Origin: Deinococcaceae bacterium | GTDB lineage: Bacteria; Deinococcota; Deinococci; Deinococcales; Trueperaceae | Length of the DNA stretch: 33,718 nucleotides | Direction: 5' to 3' | Assembly (NCBI GenBank): GCA_040256005.1 | Contig: JBDZWC010000016.1 | Location: 1 to 33,718 of the forward strand | In this document: positions 17,175-27,302 of the stretch, in pieces | Layout: the number at the start of each line of letters is the position of its first letter | Numbering within the stretch: the stretch's first letter is position 1 | Program-made: the position numbers and the translations under genes | Notes under the pieces: generated by a model | The model's input: only the letters and a program-made list of their open reading frames with translations | Database searches by the model: none | Told to the model about the DNA's origin: nothing

Positions 17175-17234
17175 ATGCGGACTGTATCGCAGTGCCACAG
17201 GGGTTCCCGGGCGCGCAGGCCGTAAGCTCGGCCC
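17175..17234. promoter_or_regulatory. Divergent pair of leaderless promoters (tilS-tadA / deoB)
   Basis: Minus-strand TACAGT (17186-17181) is 6 nt before GTG 17174; plus-strand TAAGCT (17223-17228) is 6 nt before ATG 17235. No SD for either gene. Confidence 0.7.
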
Positions 17235-18419
17235 ATGACGGTTACCTTGATCGTCCTCGACTCCGTGGGCGTGGGGGCGCTGCCGGACGCCGAGGGCTTC
17301 GGCGATCCGGCGCGCGGCGGCGACGCGGGCTCACACACCCTAGACCACACGCTGGAACGTGCTCCGGTGGCGCTGCCCAACCTCACGGCGCTCGGGTTGG
17401 GGAACGTGGAGGGCGTGGATTCCCTACCGGCAGTGGCGGGACCGCTGGCCAGTCATGGCCGCATGCGCGAGCTCTCCCCCGGAAAGGACACCACCACCGG
17501 TCACTGGGAGTTCATGGGGGTCGTCCTGGACCATCCGTTCAGGACATACGAGCGGTTCCCGGACGACGTGATGGCCCGCTTCGACGCCGCGACGGGCCGG
17601 GGGCATCTCGGCAACTTCCCCGCCTCGGGCACCGAGGTGATCGCGGAGCTCGGCGCAGAGCACCTGCGCACGGGCTTCCCCATCGTCTACACCAGCGCGG
17701 ACAGCGTCTTCCAGGTCGCGGCGCACGTCGACGTCGTCCCTCTCGAGACCCTCTACGCCTGGTGTGAGGCCGCGCGAGCGATCCTCGTCGGGGAGAGCGC
17801 GGTGGCTCGTGTCATCGCCAGACCGTTCACCGGCGAGCCGGGTGAGTTCGTGCGGCTCGGCGGCGCCAGGCGTGACTTCTCGTTGGCGCCGTCCAGCGCC
17901 ACCGTGCTCGACGTGCTCAAGTCCCTCGGCCGCGACGTTGTCGGCATCGGGAAGATCCCCGACATCTACGCCCACCGCGGCTTCACCAGGGAGGTCAAGG
18001 CGGGCACGAACCAGGAGGGCATCGAGGCCACGCTGAGGGTCATGGCCGCCGGCGTGGACGGCCTGGTGATGGTGAACCTCGTCGAGTTCGACTCCGTGTA
18101 CGGGCACCGGCGCGACCCAAAGGGCTACGCGCGCGCCCTGGCCGAGTTCGACGCCCGCCTGCCGGAGCTGATGGCGGAGGTGCACGCCGGCGACGTCCTG
18201 ATGCTGGTGAGCGACCACGGCAACGACCCCACGTGGCATGGGACGGACCACACGAGGGAGCACGGACTGCTCCTGGCCTACTCGCCCGGCGTGCCGGCAC
18301 TAGACCTTGGCACCCGCGAGAGCTTCGCTGACGTGGGCGCGACCGTGGTGGACCTGCTGGGCGAGGTCTGGGGCGGCCCGGGCCGGAGCTTCGCGTCAGA
18401 ACTGCGGACGTCCGCGTGA
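17235..18419 (+). CDS. deoB: Phosphopentomutase
   Basis: [35 protein letters not shown] and DHGNDPT..TDHTRE motifs. Confidence 0.97.
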   Translation: MTVTLIVLDSVGVGALPDAEGFGDPARGGDAGSHTLDHTLERAPVALPNLTALGLGNVEGVDSLPAVAGPLASHGRMRELSPGKDTTTGHWEFMGVVLDHPFRTYERFPDDVMARFDAATGRGHLGNFPASGTEVIAELGAEHLRTGFPIVYTSADSVFQVAAHVDVVPLETLYAWCEAARAILVGESAVARVIARPFTGEPGEFVRLGGARRDFSLAPSSATVLDVLKSLGRDVVGIGKIPDIYAHRGFTREVKAGTNQEGIEATLRVMAAGVDGLVMVNLVEFDSVYGHRRDPKGYARALAEFDARLPELMAEVHAGDVLMLVSDHGNDPTWHGTDHTREHGLLLAYSPGVPALDLGTRESFADVGATVVDLLGEVWGGPGRSFASELRTSA

Positions 18420-18460
18420 TCCTCGGCGCTGGACGCGGCGCTCCTGGCGGGATGGCATGG

Positions 18461-18492
18461 AAACGGCGCGCCCGAACCTGGTGGGCGCGCCG
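18461..18492 (-). terminator. Intrinsic terminator-like hairpin between convergent deoB and rplQ
   Basis: CGGCGCGCCC (18464-18473) pairs with GGGCGCGCCG (18483-18492), followed by TTT on the minus strand. A second hairpin CCGCGACC/GGTCGCGG lies at 18534-18556. Confidence 0.65.
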
Positions 18493-18564
18493 CCGAAGTC
18501 GCTAGATAGGGGCCGTGTGGGGGCCCGCTAGCGCCGCGACCCTAGACCGGTCGCGGACGAAGGT

Positions 18565-18921
18565 TCACTGGTTGACGAGCTCGATCAGGGCTTCCTGGAC
18601 CCCGTCGCCGCGGCGGTTGACCAGCTTCAGGATGCGCGTGTAGCCGCCGGGGCGTTCCTTGAACGCGGGCGCCACCTCGTCCATCAGCTTCCGCTGGACC
18701 TCGCGGTCGTGGATCTCGCGGGCGATGAGCCTGCGAGCGTGCAGGTCGCCGCCGCGTGCGGTGGTGATCAGCTTCTCGACGTACGGCTGGAGGTTCTTGG
18801 CCTTGGCGAGCGTGGTCTTGATGCGCCCGTGGCGCAGCAGCGCCGTCGCCTGGCTGCGGGCCAGGGCGGTGCGGTGGCTGCTCGACCGGCTAAGCTTGCG
18901 GCCGCTTGAGAGGTGACGCAT
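18565..18921 (-). CDS. rplQ: 50S ribosomal protein L17
   Basis: MRH...[25 protein letters not shown]. Confidence 0.98.
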   Translation of the reverse strand: MRHLSSGRKLSRSSSHRTALARSQATALLRHGRIKTTLAKAKNLQPYVEKLITTARGGDLHARRLIAREIHDREVQRKLMDEVAPAFKERPGGYTRILKLVNRRGDGVQEALIELVNQ

Positions 18922-18924
18922 CTC

Positions 18925-19869
18925 TTACTCCTTGAGCTTCAGGCCCTTGGCGGCCAGGCGCTCTTTGATCTCCTCGAGGGACTTCTCGCCCACCCCCCCG
19001 ACCTTCTTGAGGTCGCGCTCGGACAGCGCCAGGAGCGCGTTGACGGAGTCGATGCCCTCCTCCTGCAGCGAGTGCAGGACGCGGCTGGACAGGTCCAGGC
19101 TCTCGAGGGAGAGGATGACCTGGTCGGGCCTGGCGGGCGGCTCCTCGGTGGGGCGCGCCGACGGGATGGTGATGACGGGCGCCTTCTCCTCGCTCTCCTC
19201 GGTGCCGTCGCCGTTGAAGACGGCGAGCTGGCCGCGGAGCGTCTCGACGGCGTGGTCGAGAGCGGTGCGCGGGTCGATGCTGCCGTCGGTCCACACGCGC
19301 AGGAGCAGGCGGTCGAGGTCGGTGCGCTGACCGACGCGGGTGTCTTCGACGCGGTAGGCGACGCGCTTCACCGGGGTGAAGACGGCGTCGACCGGGATCG
19401 AGTTGATGCGGTCCTTCGTGCCGTGCACCTCGGCCGGCACGTAGCCTGTGCCGCGCTCGACGCGGACCTCCATGACGAGCTTGCCGCCCTTCGCCAGCGT
19501 GGCGATGTGGAGGTCGGGGTTGATGAGCTCGGCATGCGCCGGCACGTCGAAGTCGGCGGCCGTGACGGGGCCTTCCTTCTCGGCGCGGAGCATGAGCGTG
19601 ACCGCGTCGTCCTCGTGGAGCTTCACGACCAGCTCCTTGAGGTTGAGGATGATCTGCATGACGTCCTCCTTGACCCCTTGGATCGTGGAGAACTCGTGCA
19701 GCACGTCTTCGATGTAAACGCTCGTCACGGCCGTGCCGGGGACTGACGAGAGCAGGATGCGCCTGAGCGGGTTGCCCAGGGTGACGCCGTAGCCACGCGG
19801 CAGAGGCTCTACGACGAACTCGCCGTACTCGCCTCCAACCTTGGCCTTGAACTCGGGGACTATTTGCAC
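18925..19869 (-). CDS. rpoA: RNA polymerase alpha subunit
   Basis: EPLPRGYGVTLGNPLRRILLSS, LHEFSTI.GVKED, VEDTRVGQRTD; GTG start with GGAGG RBS. Confidence 0.98.
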   Translation of the reverse strand: MQIVPEFKAKVGGEYGEFVVEPLPRGYGVTLGNPLRRILLSSVPGTAVTSVYIEDVLHEFSTIQGVKEDVMQIILNLKELVVKLHEDDAVTLMLRAEKEGPVTAADFDVPAHAELINPDLHIATLAKGGKLVMEVRVERGTGYVPAEVHGTKDRINSIPVDAVFTPVKRVAYRVEDTRVGQRTDLDRLLLRVWTDGSIDPRTALDHAVETLRGQLAVFNGDGTEESEEKAPVITIPSARPTEEPPARPDQVILSLESLDLSSRVLHSLQEEGIDSVNALLALSERDLKKVGGVGEKSLEEIKERLAAKGLKLKE

Positions 19870-19906
19870 CTGTACCTCCTGGTATCGATCTTCGAGCGCA
19901 CGCCTA

Positions 19907-20524
19907 TCAGCGCGAGTAGTACTCGATGACCTGCAGCTCGTTGACGGGGACGACGATGTCCTCGCGAGCCGGGCGGTGCAGGAACCTGCCCTTGAGCGTC
20001 TCGGGATCGAAGTCGAGCCACGGGTTGAGCTTGCCGCGACGGCGTTCTTCGACGTTGGCGCGGATCACTGGGTTCTTCTTGGCGGACTGCGCCACCTCGA
20101 TCTCGTCGCCGGGGCGCAGCCGGTAGGACGGGACGTCCACCCGCTTGCCGTTCACGAGGATGTGACCGTGGGCGACGAACTGCCTGGCCTGGCGCCGCGT
20201 GTAGGCGATGCCCAGGCGGTAGACCACGTTGTCGAGGCGCGACTCGAGCAGCTGCAGGAACACCGACCCCGTCGAGCCCTCCGCTTTGGAGGCCTCGTCG
20301 AAGAGGTTCTTGAACTGCTTCTCGCTCATGTTGTAGTAGATGCGGAGCTTCTGCTTCTCGCGCAGGCGGATCCCGTAGTCGCTGGGCTTGCGGCGACGGC
20401 GTTGGCCGTGCTGGCCCGGCGGGTACGGGTGAGCCTCCATGTAGCGCTGAACCTTGGGTGTCTCCACCAGGTTCACGCCTTCACGGCGGCAGAGCTTGAC
20501 TACCGGTCCTCTGTAGCGACCCAT
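19907..20524 (-). CDS. rpsD: 30S ribosomal protein S4
   Basis: [40 protein letters not shown]. True start ATG 20524. Confidence 0.98.
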   Translation of the reverse strand: MGRYRGPVVKLCRREGVNLVETPKVQRYMEAHPYPPGQHGQRRRRKPSDYGIRLREKQKLRIYYNMSEKQFKNLFDEASKAEGSTGSVFLQLLESRLDNVVYRLGIAYTRRQARQFVAHGHILVNGKRVDVPSYRLRPGDEIEVAQSAKKNPVIRANVEERRRGKLNPWLDFDPETLKGRFLHRPAREDIVVPVNELQVIEYYSR

Positions 20525-20538
20525 CTCTCTCCTAACCC

Positions 20539-20931
20539 TTACGGCCGCTTCCGCTTGCGCGGACGGCAGCCGTTGTGCGGCGTGGGCGTGTCGTCGATGA
20601 TCGTGCGCACGTTGACGCCGGTCGCCTGGATGGACCGGATCGCCTGCTCGCGGCCGGAGCCCGTGCCGCGGATGACGATGTCCACCTGCGAGATGCCCAT
20701 GTTCTGAGCCTTGCGGGTCGCGTCTGCGGCGGCGAGCTGGGCGGCGTACGGGGTTCCCTTCTTGGAGCCCTTGTAGCCGATCGAGCCGGACGACGACCAC
20801 GCCACGGTGTTCCCGTCGAGGTCCGTGATCGTGACGATCGTGTTGTTGTACGAGGCGTGGATGAACGCCTTGCCCTCGGCGATGCTGCGCTTGGTGCGCC
20901 GCTTCGTCGTCTTGGAAGCTGCCTTAGCCAC
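20539..20931 (-). CDS. rpsK: 30S ribosomal protein S11
   Basis: [31 protein letters not shown]. Confidence 0.98.
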   Translation of the reverse strand: MAKAASKTTKRRTKRSIAEGKAFIHASYNNTIVTITDLDGNTVAWSSSGSIGYKGSKKGTPYAAQLAAADATRKAQNMGISQVDIVIRGTGSGREQAIRSIQATGVNVRTIIDDTPTPHNGCRPRKRKRP

Positions 20932-20940
20932 GTGTCATCC

Positions 20941-21321
20941 TCACTTCTTCGGCGCCTTCTTCTTGCCGGCCACGGTGCGGCGCGGCCCCTTGCGGGTGCG
21001 CGCGTTCGTCTTGGTGGACTGACCGCGCACGGGCAGGCCGCGGCGGTGGCGCAGGCCGCGGTAGCAGCCGATGTCCATGAGCCTCTTGATGTTGAGCTGG
21101 ACCTCGCGGCGGAGGTCGCCCTCGACCTTGTACTCGCGGTCGATGATCTCGCGCAGGCGGCCGACCTCGGTCTCGGTGAGGTCCTTGACCCTGGTGTCGG
21201 GCGAGACCTCGGCCTTGCCGAGGATGTCGCGGGAGCGCGAGGCCCCGATGCCGTAGATGTACGGGAGTGCCGCCTCGACGCGCTTCTCGCGCGGGAGGTC
21301 GACGCCAGCGATCCTAGCCAT
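20941..21321 (-). CDS. rpsM: 30S ribosomal protein S13
   Basis: [35 protein letters not shown]. Confidence 0.98.
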   Translation of the reverse strand: MARIAGVDLPREKRVEAALPYIYGIGASRSRDILGKAEVSPDTRVKDLTETEVGRLREIIDREYKVEGDLRREVQLNIKRLMDIGCYRGLRHRRGLPVRGQSTKTNARTRKGPRRTVAGKKKAPKK

Positions 21322-21324
21322 GAC

Positions 21325-21441
21325 TCATCCCTGCCTCTGCTTGTGCTTGGGGTTCACGCTGCAGATCACGTAGACCCTGCCATGCCGACGGATGACCTTG
21401 CACCTGTCGCACATGGGCTTCACCGACGCCCGAACCTTCAT
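21325..21441 (-). CDS. rpmJ: 50S ribosomal protein L36 (zinc-ribbon type; absent from the ORF track)
   Basis: Manual translation [46 protein letters not shown]. Confidence 0.97.
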   Translation of the reverse strand: MKVRASVKPMCDRCKVIRRHGRVYVICSVNPKHKQRQG

Positions 21442-21517
21442 GGACGCACCTCCGTAGCGTGCGAGCACTTGGCACACGCATCGCTGTCAACGAAAGCTCC
21501 TACCTTCATCCCATCTC

Positions 21518-21787
21518 CTACTTGCGGTAGACGATGCGACCCTTCTCGGGGTCGTACGTGCTGATCTCGACTACCACCCTGTCGCCAGGGAGGATCCTGA
21601 TGTAATGGCGCCGCATCTTGCCGCCCACGTGGGCAAGCACCTCGGGTCCCGCGTCCAACTGGATCAGAAAAGTCGTGTTGGGGCGAGCTTCCAGGACCAC
21701 GCCTTCCGTGCGGATGGTGTCTTGAGTCGTCTCTTCCTGCCGGTTCTCGCGTGGTGGCCTGGGTGGTCCCGAGCGTCTACGCGCCAT
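21518..21787 (-). CDS. infA: Translation initiation factor IF-1
   Basis: [39 protein letters not shown] before ATG 21787. Confidence 0.96.
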   Translation of the reverse strand: MARRRSGPPRPPRENRQEETTQDTIRTEGVVLEARPNTTFLIQLDAGPEVLAHVGGKMRRHYIRILPGDRVVVEISTYDPEKGRIVYRK

Positions 21788-22577
21788 GTACACCTCCTGT
21801 GTCAGCGGCTACGGGTGCGGTCTCCCGCGTAGCTCGCCGTTCCGTCAGCACCCATGGACCGTCTTCCGTGATGGCCACGGTGTGCTCGAAATGCGCCGCC
21901 ATGGAGCGGTTCTCCGTGTACGCCGTCCAGCCGTCGTCGGCGACGAGCACGCGTGTGCGGCTCTGAGCCACCATGGGCTCGATCGCCAGTACGAGGCCGG
22001 GACGGAGGACGGGCCCCGTTCCAGCACGACCGAAGTTGGGCACCTCGGGCGCCTCGTGGAGGTCACGGCCGATGCCGTGGCCCACGAACTCCCTCACTAC
22101 CCAGAACCCTGCCCCCTCGACGACGCCCTGAATGGCCGCGGAAACGTCGCCCAGGCGGGCTCCTGCCTGCGCCGCTGCGATGCCGGCGGATAGTGACCGC
22201 CGGGTCGCGTCGAGCAGGCGCTGTACCTCGACAGGGACCGTACCTATCGCATAGGTGCGCGCCATGTCGGCCGCGTACCCGCGATGGAACGTCCCGATGT
22301 CGATCGAAACGATGTCTCCGTCCTTCAGCGGCTCGTCCGACGGGAAACCGTGGACCACCACCTCGTTGACGGAGGTGCAGAGCGTGGCTGGGAAGCCGTT
22401 ATAGCCCTTGTAGGCGGGCTTCCCGCCGCGCGAGAGTATAGCATCCTCGGCGATCCTATCGAGCTCGGCGGTTGACACGCCTACCCGCAGCGCGGACTCC
22501 ACGGCGGCGAGGGCCTCCGCGTTGATGGCACAGGCCTCGGCCATGACGTCCAGCTCGCTGCGGCGCTTGAGGATCAT
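21777..22577 (-). CDS. map: Methionine aminopeptidase type I
   Basis: [38 protein letters not shown]. Confidence 0.97.
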   Translation of the reverse strand: MILKRRSELDVMAEACAINAEALAAVESALRVGVSTAELDRIAEDAILSRGGKPAYKGYNGFPATLCTSVNEVVVHGFPSDEPLKDGDIVSIDIGTFHRGYAADMARTYAIGTVPVEVQRLLDATRRSLSAGIAAAQAGARLGDVSAAIQGVVEGAGFWVVREFVGHGIGRDLHEAPEVPNFGRAGTGPVLRPGLVLAIEPMVAQSRTRVLVADDGWTAYTENRSMAAHFEHTVAITEDGPWVLTERRATRETAPVAADTGGVHGA

Positions 22578-23170
22578 GCGTTCACGCCGTCCAGGACAGC
22601 TGCGATGCGGCCGGAGACCTCGGCCTCCGTGCCCACGCCGTTCACACGGTGGAGCTTGCCGGTCGCGCGGTAGTAGTCGAGGAGCGGACGGGTCTGCTCC
22701 TGGTAGACCTGCATGCGCGTGCGGATGGTGTCCTCGTTGTCGTCGCTGCGGCCTTCGGCGGCCGCGCGTCCCATGAGGCGCCTGACGAGCTCCTCGGAGT
22801 CGACGGACAGCACGATGACGGCGTCGATAGGCGCGCGTTCCTCGCGCAGCAGCTCGTCGAGCGCCTGGGCCTGGCCCGTGGTCCGAGGGAAGCCGTCGAG
22901 GAGGACCCTGACAGGCTCGAGCTTGTCGAGCTCCTCCTTGACCATCGCGATGATCAGGTCGTCCGGCACCAGCACGCCCTCGTCCATGAGGCTCTTGGCG
23001 CGCTTGCCCAGCTCGGTGCCGCGCCTGACGTTGTCACGCAGCATGTCGCCGGTCGACAGCTTGGTGAGCCCTCGCGACCTCGCGAGCAACGCCGCCTGCG
23101 TGCCCTTGCCCGCACCGGGAGGGCCCATCAGGAGCACGACGCAGGTGTCGCTGGACGCGGCGGCGCCCAC
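22574..23170 (-). CDS. adk: Adenylate kinase (short-LID type)
   Basis: GPPGAGKGTQA, STGDMLR, LDGFPRT, GRSDD. Confidence 0.97.
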   Translation of the reverse strand: MGAAASSDTCVVLLMGPPGAGKGTQAALLARSRGLTKLSTGDMLRDNVRRGTELGKRAKSLMDEGVLVPDDLIIAMVKEELDKLEPVRVLLDGFPRTTGQAQALDELLREERAPIDAVIVLSVDSEELVRRLMGRAAAEGRSDDNEDTIRTRMQVYQEQTRPLLDYYRATGKLHRVNGVGTEAEVSGRIAAVLDGVNA

Positions 23171-24487
23171 CTAGAACCGCCTCCCGCGGCCGCGGATGCG
23201 CCCGCGCTGCACGAAGCCTTCGTAGTGGCGCATCATCAGCTGCGACTCCAGCTGCCTGAGCGTGTCGAGCGCGACGCCCACCATGATGAGCAGGCCCGTG
23301 CCGGAGAAGACGAACGAGAGCTGCTGCGTGCCGGTGATCCAGGCCAGCAGCTGCGGCAACGCGTTGACGGCGCCCAGGAACAGCGCGCCCCACAACGTGA
23401 TCCGCGTGGTGATCCGCGTGAGGTGATCCGTGGTGGGCTGACCAGGTCGCACGCCGGGCACGAACCCGCCGTACTCGCGCAGGTTCTCGGAGATGCGTCT
23501 GGGGTCGAACGAGATCTGGGTGTAGAAGTACGTGAAGGCGACGATCAGCAACGTGCTCACCAGGAGGCCCTGCCACTGACCCGGGTTGAACCACGCCCCC
23601 AGGCTCTGCATCCACAGGATGTTGGGGAACGCGCCCAGGATGGTCTGCGGCAGGATCAGGATGGCCACGGCGAAGATGATCGGGATCACACCGGCGGCGT
23701 TGAGCCGCAGCGGGATGTAAGTGGTCTGGCCGCCCATGACCTTGCGCCCGACGACCTTGCGGGCGTACTGGACCGGTATGCGCCTCTCGGACTGCTGCAC
23801 CAGCACCATGCCGGCGATCGCGACGATCAGCAGCACGAAGAAGAGGATGAGGCCGAAGACGTTGGCCTCGCCCGTGCCAATGAGCGCGAACTGCTGGCCG
23901 AGCGCGCTGGGGAACGCCGCCACGATGCCGGCGTAGATGATCAGCGAGATCCCGTTGCCTATGCCGTACTCGGTGATCTTCTCGCCGAGCCACATGACGA
24001 CGGTGATGCCGGCGACCTGAGTGACGAGCACGACGAACCAGAAGAACGGCCCGTTGCTCCAGCCCACCTTGAGGGCGCCGCTGGGCCCCAGCAGGGCGAC
24101 CGCCAGGAACACCGACTGGATGGCCCCGAGGGCCGTGGCGCCCAGACGCGTGTACTGAGTGATCTTGCGACGGCCTTCCTCGCCCTCCCGCGCCAGCCGC
24201 TCCAACGGAGGGTAGGTAGACGTGAGGAGCTGGATGATGATGCTCGCCGTGATGTAGGGGATGACCCCCAGGGCGGCGATCGAGAACGTCTCGAAGTTGC
24301 CGCCCGAGATGAAGTTCAGGAGCGAGAACAGCTCGCTCGAGAGCGCGCCGCCCTCCAGGGCCACGATGTCGACGCCCGGGGTGGGGATGTGCACCATGAG
24401 GCGGTACACGGCGAGCAGCCCGATGGTGACGAGCAGCTTCCTCCGCAGGTCTGGTACGACCAGGGCGTTCCGGAAGGCCTGGAGCAT
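23171..24487 (-). CDS. secY: Preprotein translocase subunit SecY
   Basis: LGVIPYITASIIIQLL, WLGEKITEYGIGNGISL, AGVIPIIFA, PGVRPG, GTGLLI. Confidence 0.98.
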   Translation of the reverse strand: MLQAFRNALVVPDLRRKLLVTIGLLAVYRLMVHIPTPGVDIVALEGGALSSELFSLLNFISGGNFETFSIAALGVIPYITASIIIQLLTSTYPPLERLAREGEEGRRKITQYTRLGATALGAIQSVFLAVALLGPSGALKVGWSNGPFFWFVVLVTQVAGITVVMWLGEKITEYGIGNGISLIIYAGIVAAFPSALGQQFALIGTGEANVFGLILFFVLLIVAIAGMVLVQQSERRIPVQYARKVVGRKVMGGQTTYIPLRLNAAGVIPIIFAVAILILPQTILGAFPNILWMQSLGAWFNPGQWQGLLVSTLLIVAFTYFYTQISFDPRRISENLREYGGFVPGVRPGQPTTDHLTRITTRITLWGALFLGAVNALPQLLAWITGTQQLSFVFSGTGLLIMVGVALDTLRQLESQLMMRHYEGFVQRGRIRGRGRRF

Positions 24488-24490
24488 CGG

Positions 24491-25228
24491 CTAGTTCTCC
24501 CCGGCCTTGTCTGCGGCCGAACCTTCCTCCGTGGACGCTTCGGGCTCGGCCTGCTCGTCCGGCTCAACCGCCGCTTCGTCTGGGGCGGCCTCTGCCTCGG
24601 CGGCCTCGACGGCCTTCTTGGCCTTGCTGCCCTTGGCTGGCTTGGCTTCCACCGCGCCTTCCTCCGCGCTCTCGGCCTTGGCTTCGGAGCCGGTGCTCGC
24701 GGTCTTGGCTGCCTTGGGCGCCTTCTTCGGCTTCGCCTCCGTGGCCGGTTCCTCGGCCCGAGGCTCCGCTTCCGCGATCTCGACGCCCTCGGGCAACACC
24801 AGCGTGCCGCCCGCCTCGGCCAGGGCGGCCGCGGCGGCGCGCGAGACCAGATCGACCTTCACGGTCAGCTTGGACACGTCCAGGTTGCCGTCGCCGAGGA
24901 GCTTGACGGGATGGTCCGCGCGCCTGATGAGCCCGCGGCCCGCCAGCGCGGCGGCGTCCACCTCGTCGCCCGCCGAGAACGCGTTCAGGTCGCCAAGGTT
25001 GACGACCTGGAGCGGTGCCTTCGGCCGGGTGAAGCCGCGCTTGGGCAGCCGCATGATCAGGCGGGAGCGCCCGCCCTCCCAGCCGGCGCCCTGGCTGAAT
25101 CCAGAGCGGCTCTTCTGGCCCTTCTGGCCGCGGCCGGCGGTCTTGCCCCTGCCGCTGCCGACGCCTCTGCCCAGGCGCTTGCGGTCCTTCTTGGCGCCTT
25201 CAGCGGGCTTGAGTTCGTTGAGCTTCAC
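24491..25228 (-). CDS. rplO: 50S ribosomal protein L15 with long C-terminal extension
   Basis: GRGVGSGRGKTAGRGQKGQKSR, EGGR...RLPKRGF, KLLGDG; then about 100 aa of Ala/Glu/Lys/Pro-rich tail. Confidence 0.96.
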   Translation of the reverse strand: MKLNELKPAEGAKKDRKRLGRGVGSGRGKTAGRGQKGQKSRSGFSQGAGWEGGRSRLIMRLPKRGFTRPKAPLQVVNLGDLNAFSAGDEVDAAALAGRGLIRRADHPVKLLGDGNLDVSKLTVKVDLVSRAAAAALAEAGGTLVLPEGVEIAEAEPRAEEPATEAKPKKAPKAAKTASTGSEAKAESAEEGAVEAKPAKGSKAKKAVEAAEAEAAPDEAAVEPDEQAEPEASTEEGSAADKAGEN

Positions 25229-25404
25229 TTGCTCTCCCGCCCTTCGACCTCGATCAGGTAGGAGACCTTCTCGAGCATGCCGCGTGTGCTGTCGTTGTCC
25301 GTGACCTCACGAGCGTCGCCGATCTTGCGGAGCCCCAGGGCGTGCAACGTTGCCCTCTGGTCCTTGCGAACGCCGATGAGGCTCCTAACCAGGGTGACCT
25401 TCAT
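25225..25404 (-). CDS. rpmD: 50S ribosomal protein L30 (absent from the ORF track)
   Basis: Manual translation [59 protein letters not shown]; lies between rpsE and rplO. Confidence 0.96.
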   Translation of the reverse strand: MKVTLVRSLIGVRKDQRATLHALGLRKIGDAREVTDNDSTRGMLEKVSYLIEVEGRESK

Positions 25405-25874
25405 CCCGCGTTCTCCCGGTCGCGCTTCGCTTCCTCGTAGGTCTTGAGCTGCTTGAGCCCCTCGATCACGGCGTACGCGACGTTCGTCTGGTTGCGCGAG
25501 CCCAGCTCCTTGGTGAGGAGGTTGCTGTAGCCCGCCAGCTCCACGATCGCGCGGGGAACCTTGCCGGCGATGACGCCCGTGCCGTCTCCGGCGGGCTTGA
25601 GCATCACCCGGCTGGTGCCGTGGGCGCCGACGACCTCGTGCGGGATCGTGCCCGGCTCGGCGATGGGGACGCGGATGATGTTGCGCCTGGCGACGTACTG
25701 ACCCTTCTGCACCGCGACGGGCACCTCACGCGCCTTGCCCAGCCCCACGCCGACGCGGCCGTTGCGGTCGCCGATGACGACCATGGCGCCGAACCTGAAC
25801 CGCCTGCCGCCCTTGTAGGTCTTGGCGGTGCGGCGGATGAATATGACCTTGTCTTCGAAGTCCGTGTCTGCCAT
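25401..25874 (-). CDS. rpsE: 30S ribosomal protein S5
   Basis: [32 protein letters not shown]. Confidence 0.98.
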   Translation of the reverse strand: MADTDFEDKVIFIRRTAKTYKGGRRFRFGAMVVIGDRNGRVGVGLGKAREVPVAVQKGQYVARRNIIRVPIAEPGTIPHEVVGAHGTSRVMLKPAGDGTGVIAGKVPRAIVELAGYSNLLTKELGSRNQTNVAYAVIEGLKQLKTYEEAKRDRENAG

Positions 25875-26227
25875 CAGAACTCGAGGCCTCCCTCACGGGC
25901 CCCGTCGGCGAGGGCCTTCACGCGCCCGTGGTACTTGAACGGGCCGCGGTCGAAAACGACCTGCTTGGCGCCCTTCGCGAGGGCGCGCTCGGCGATGGCC
26001 TTGCCGACCGCCTTGGCCTGAGCGGTCTTGTCGCCCGTGACCTCGACGTTCTTGGTGTTGGCCTCTGCCACCGTGTGGCCCGTGCGGTCGTCGACCACCT
26101 GGGCGTAGATGTGTCTCGCACTGCGGAACACGGTCAGGCGGAGCCTGCCGGTCTCGACCGGGCGCTTGAGGTTGCTGCGCGTCCGGTTCGTGCGGCGTTG
26201 CCTGCGGATGTTGATGCTCATGCTCAT
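25874..26227 (-). CDS. rplR: 50S ribosomal protein L18
   Basis: [37 protein letters not shown]. Alternative start 26221. Confidence 0.97.
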   Translation of the reverse strand: MSMSINIRRQRRTNRTRSNLKRPVETGRLRLTVFRSARHIYAQVVDDRTGHTVAEANTKNVEVTGDKTAQAKAVGKAIAERALAKGAKQVVFDRGPFKYHGRVKALADGAREGGLEF

Positions 26228-26239
26228 GATCTAGGACCC

Positions 26240-26782
26240 TTAGCGCGCGGCGGCCTTGCCGGGCTTGAGACGGACTTGTTCGCCGGCGTACCGAACGCCC
26301 TTGCCGTGGTAGGCGTCGGGTGGCCGGACCGCGCGGATGTTCGCAGCGACCTGGCCGACCGCCTGCTTGTCGATGCCGCTGACCTGGATCTTGGTCGGCT
26401 CCGGGGCGGCGAGGGTTACACCTTCGGGTGGTTCCACCACGACAGGATGCGAGAACCCCAGACTGAGCTCGAGGTTCTTGCCCTTCATCTGGCAGCGGAA
26501 GCCCACTCCATGGATCTCCAGGTCGCGGGTGTAGCCCTCGGAGACCCCGGTGACGGCGTTCTGCAGAAGCGCCCTGGCCAGACCGTGCTGGGCGCGCTCC
26601 TCCTTGGTGTCGCTCTGGCGCTTGACGGTGAGGTTGCCGTCCTCCACCTCGAGCTCGAGGCTCGGGAATACGTTGACGGTCAGTTGGCCCTTGGGGCCCT
26701 TGACCTCCACGACGCCGGGCTGCGCGGCCTTGACGTCCACGCCGCGCGGCAGCTGCACCGGTGCCCTACCCACGCGCGACAT
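26240..26782 (-). CDS. rplF: 50S ribosomal protein L6
   Basis: [38 protein letters not shown] overlap with rpsH. Confidence 0.98.
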   Translation of the reverse strand: MSRVGRAPVQLPRGVDVKAAQPGVVEVKGPKGQLTVNVFPSLELEVEDGNLTVKRQSDTKEERAQHGLARALLQNAVTGVSEGYTRDLEIHGVGFRCQMKGKNLELSLGFSHPVVVEPPEGVTLAAPEPTKIQVSGIDKQAVGQVAANIRAVRPPDAYHGKGVRYAGEQVRLKPGKAAAR

Positions 26783-27177
26783 CACCACACCTCGCAGATG
26801 ACTTCGCCGCCCACGTTCTTGGCGCGCGCCTCACGATCGGCGAGGAGCCCGAGGGGGGTGGAGATGACCGCCAGGCCGAGGCCACCACGGACGACCGGGA
26901 CCTGCTTGGCCTTGGCGTAGGCGCGGCGCCCCGGCTTGGACACGCGACGGAGCGTGTTGATGACGCTCTGGCGCTTGGGGCCGTACTTCAGGCCGATGCG
27001 GAGGAAGGGCTTGCCGTCCACCTCGACCTCCTCGACGTCCTTCAAGTAGCCCTCGCGGACGAGGATGTCGGCGAGCGCCCTCTTGTGCTTGCTCGCCGGC
27101 ACGTCGACGCTCGCCATGGTGATGGCCGCGGCGTTGCGTATCCGCGTGAGCATGTCTGCTATCGGATCTGTATGCAT
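26782..27177 (-). CDS. rpsH: 30S ribosomal protein S8
   Basis: [35 protein letters not shown]. Confidence 0.98.
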   Translation of the reverse strand: MHTDPIADMLTRIRNAAAITMASVDVPASKHKRALADILVREGYLKDVEEVEVDGKPFLRIGLKYGPKRQSVINTLRRVSKPGRRAYAKAKQVPVVRGGLGLAVISTPLGLLADREARAKNVGGEVICEVW

Positions 27178-27302
27178 CCTGAGACTTCCTCCGTTGGGGG
27201 CGGTTTCCCCGCGTGCGCTGGGGACCTTTACCCCGCTTGCTTGACCTTCTCTGTTGCTTGGCCTCGTTCGCCCCTAGGGTGCCCTACGGGGCGACTAGTT
27301 GC

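Noticed and set aside
21460..21490. TTGACA upstream of rpmJ as an internal alpha-operon promoter
   Set aside because: Perfect -35 but no acceptable -10 at 16-18 nt spacing, so it cannot be supported as a feature.
22649..25261. 870-aa plus-strand ORF and many other long antisense or alternative-frame ORFs (e.g. 4428-5795, 12475-13722, 30707-31828)
   Set aside because: They overlap unambiguous conserved genes, have no recognisable motifs, and are the expected shadow ORFs of high-GC codon usage.
27197..27236. Short word matches to 16S rRNA (GUAAAG, AGCGCACGC) suggesting an rRNA fragment
   Set aside because: Matches are short and not colinear enough to indicate rRNA sequence; the region is kept only as a candidate structured leader.
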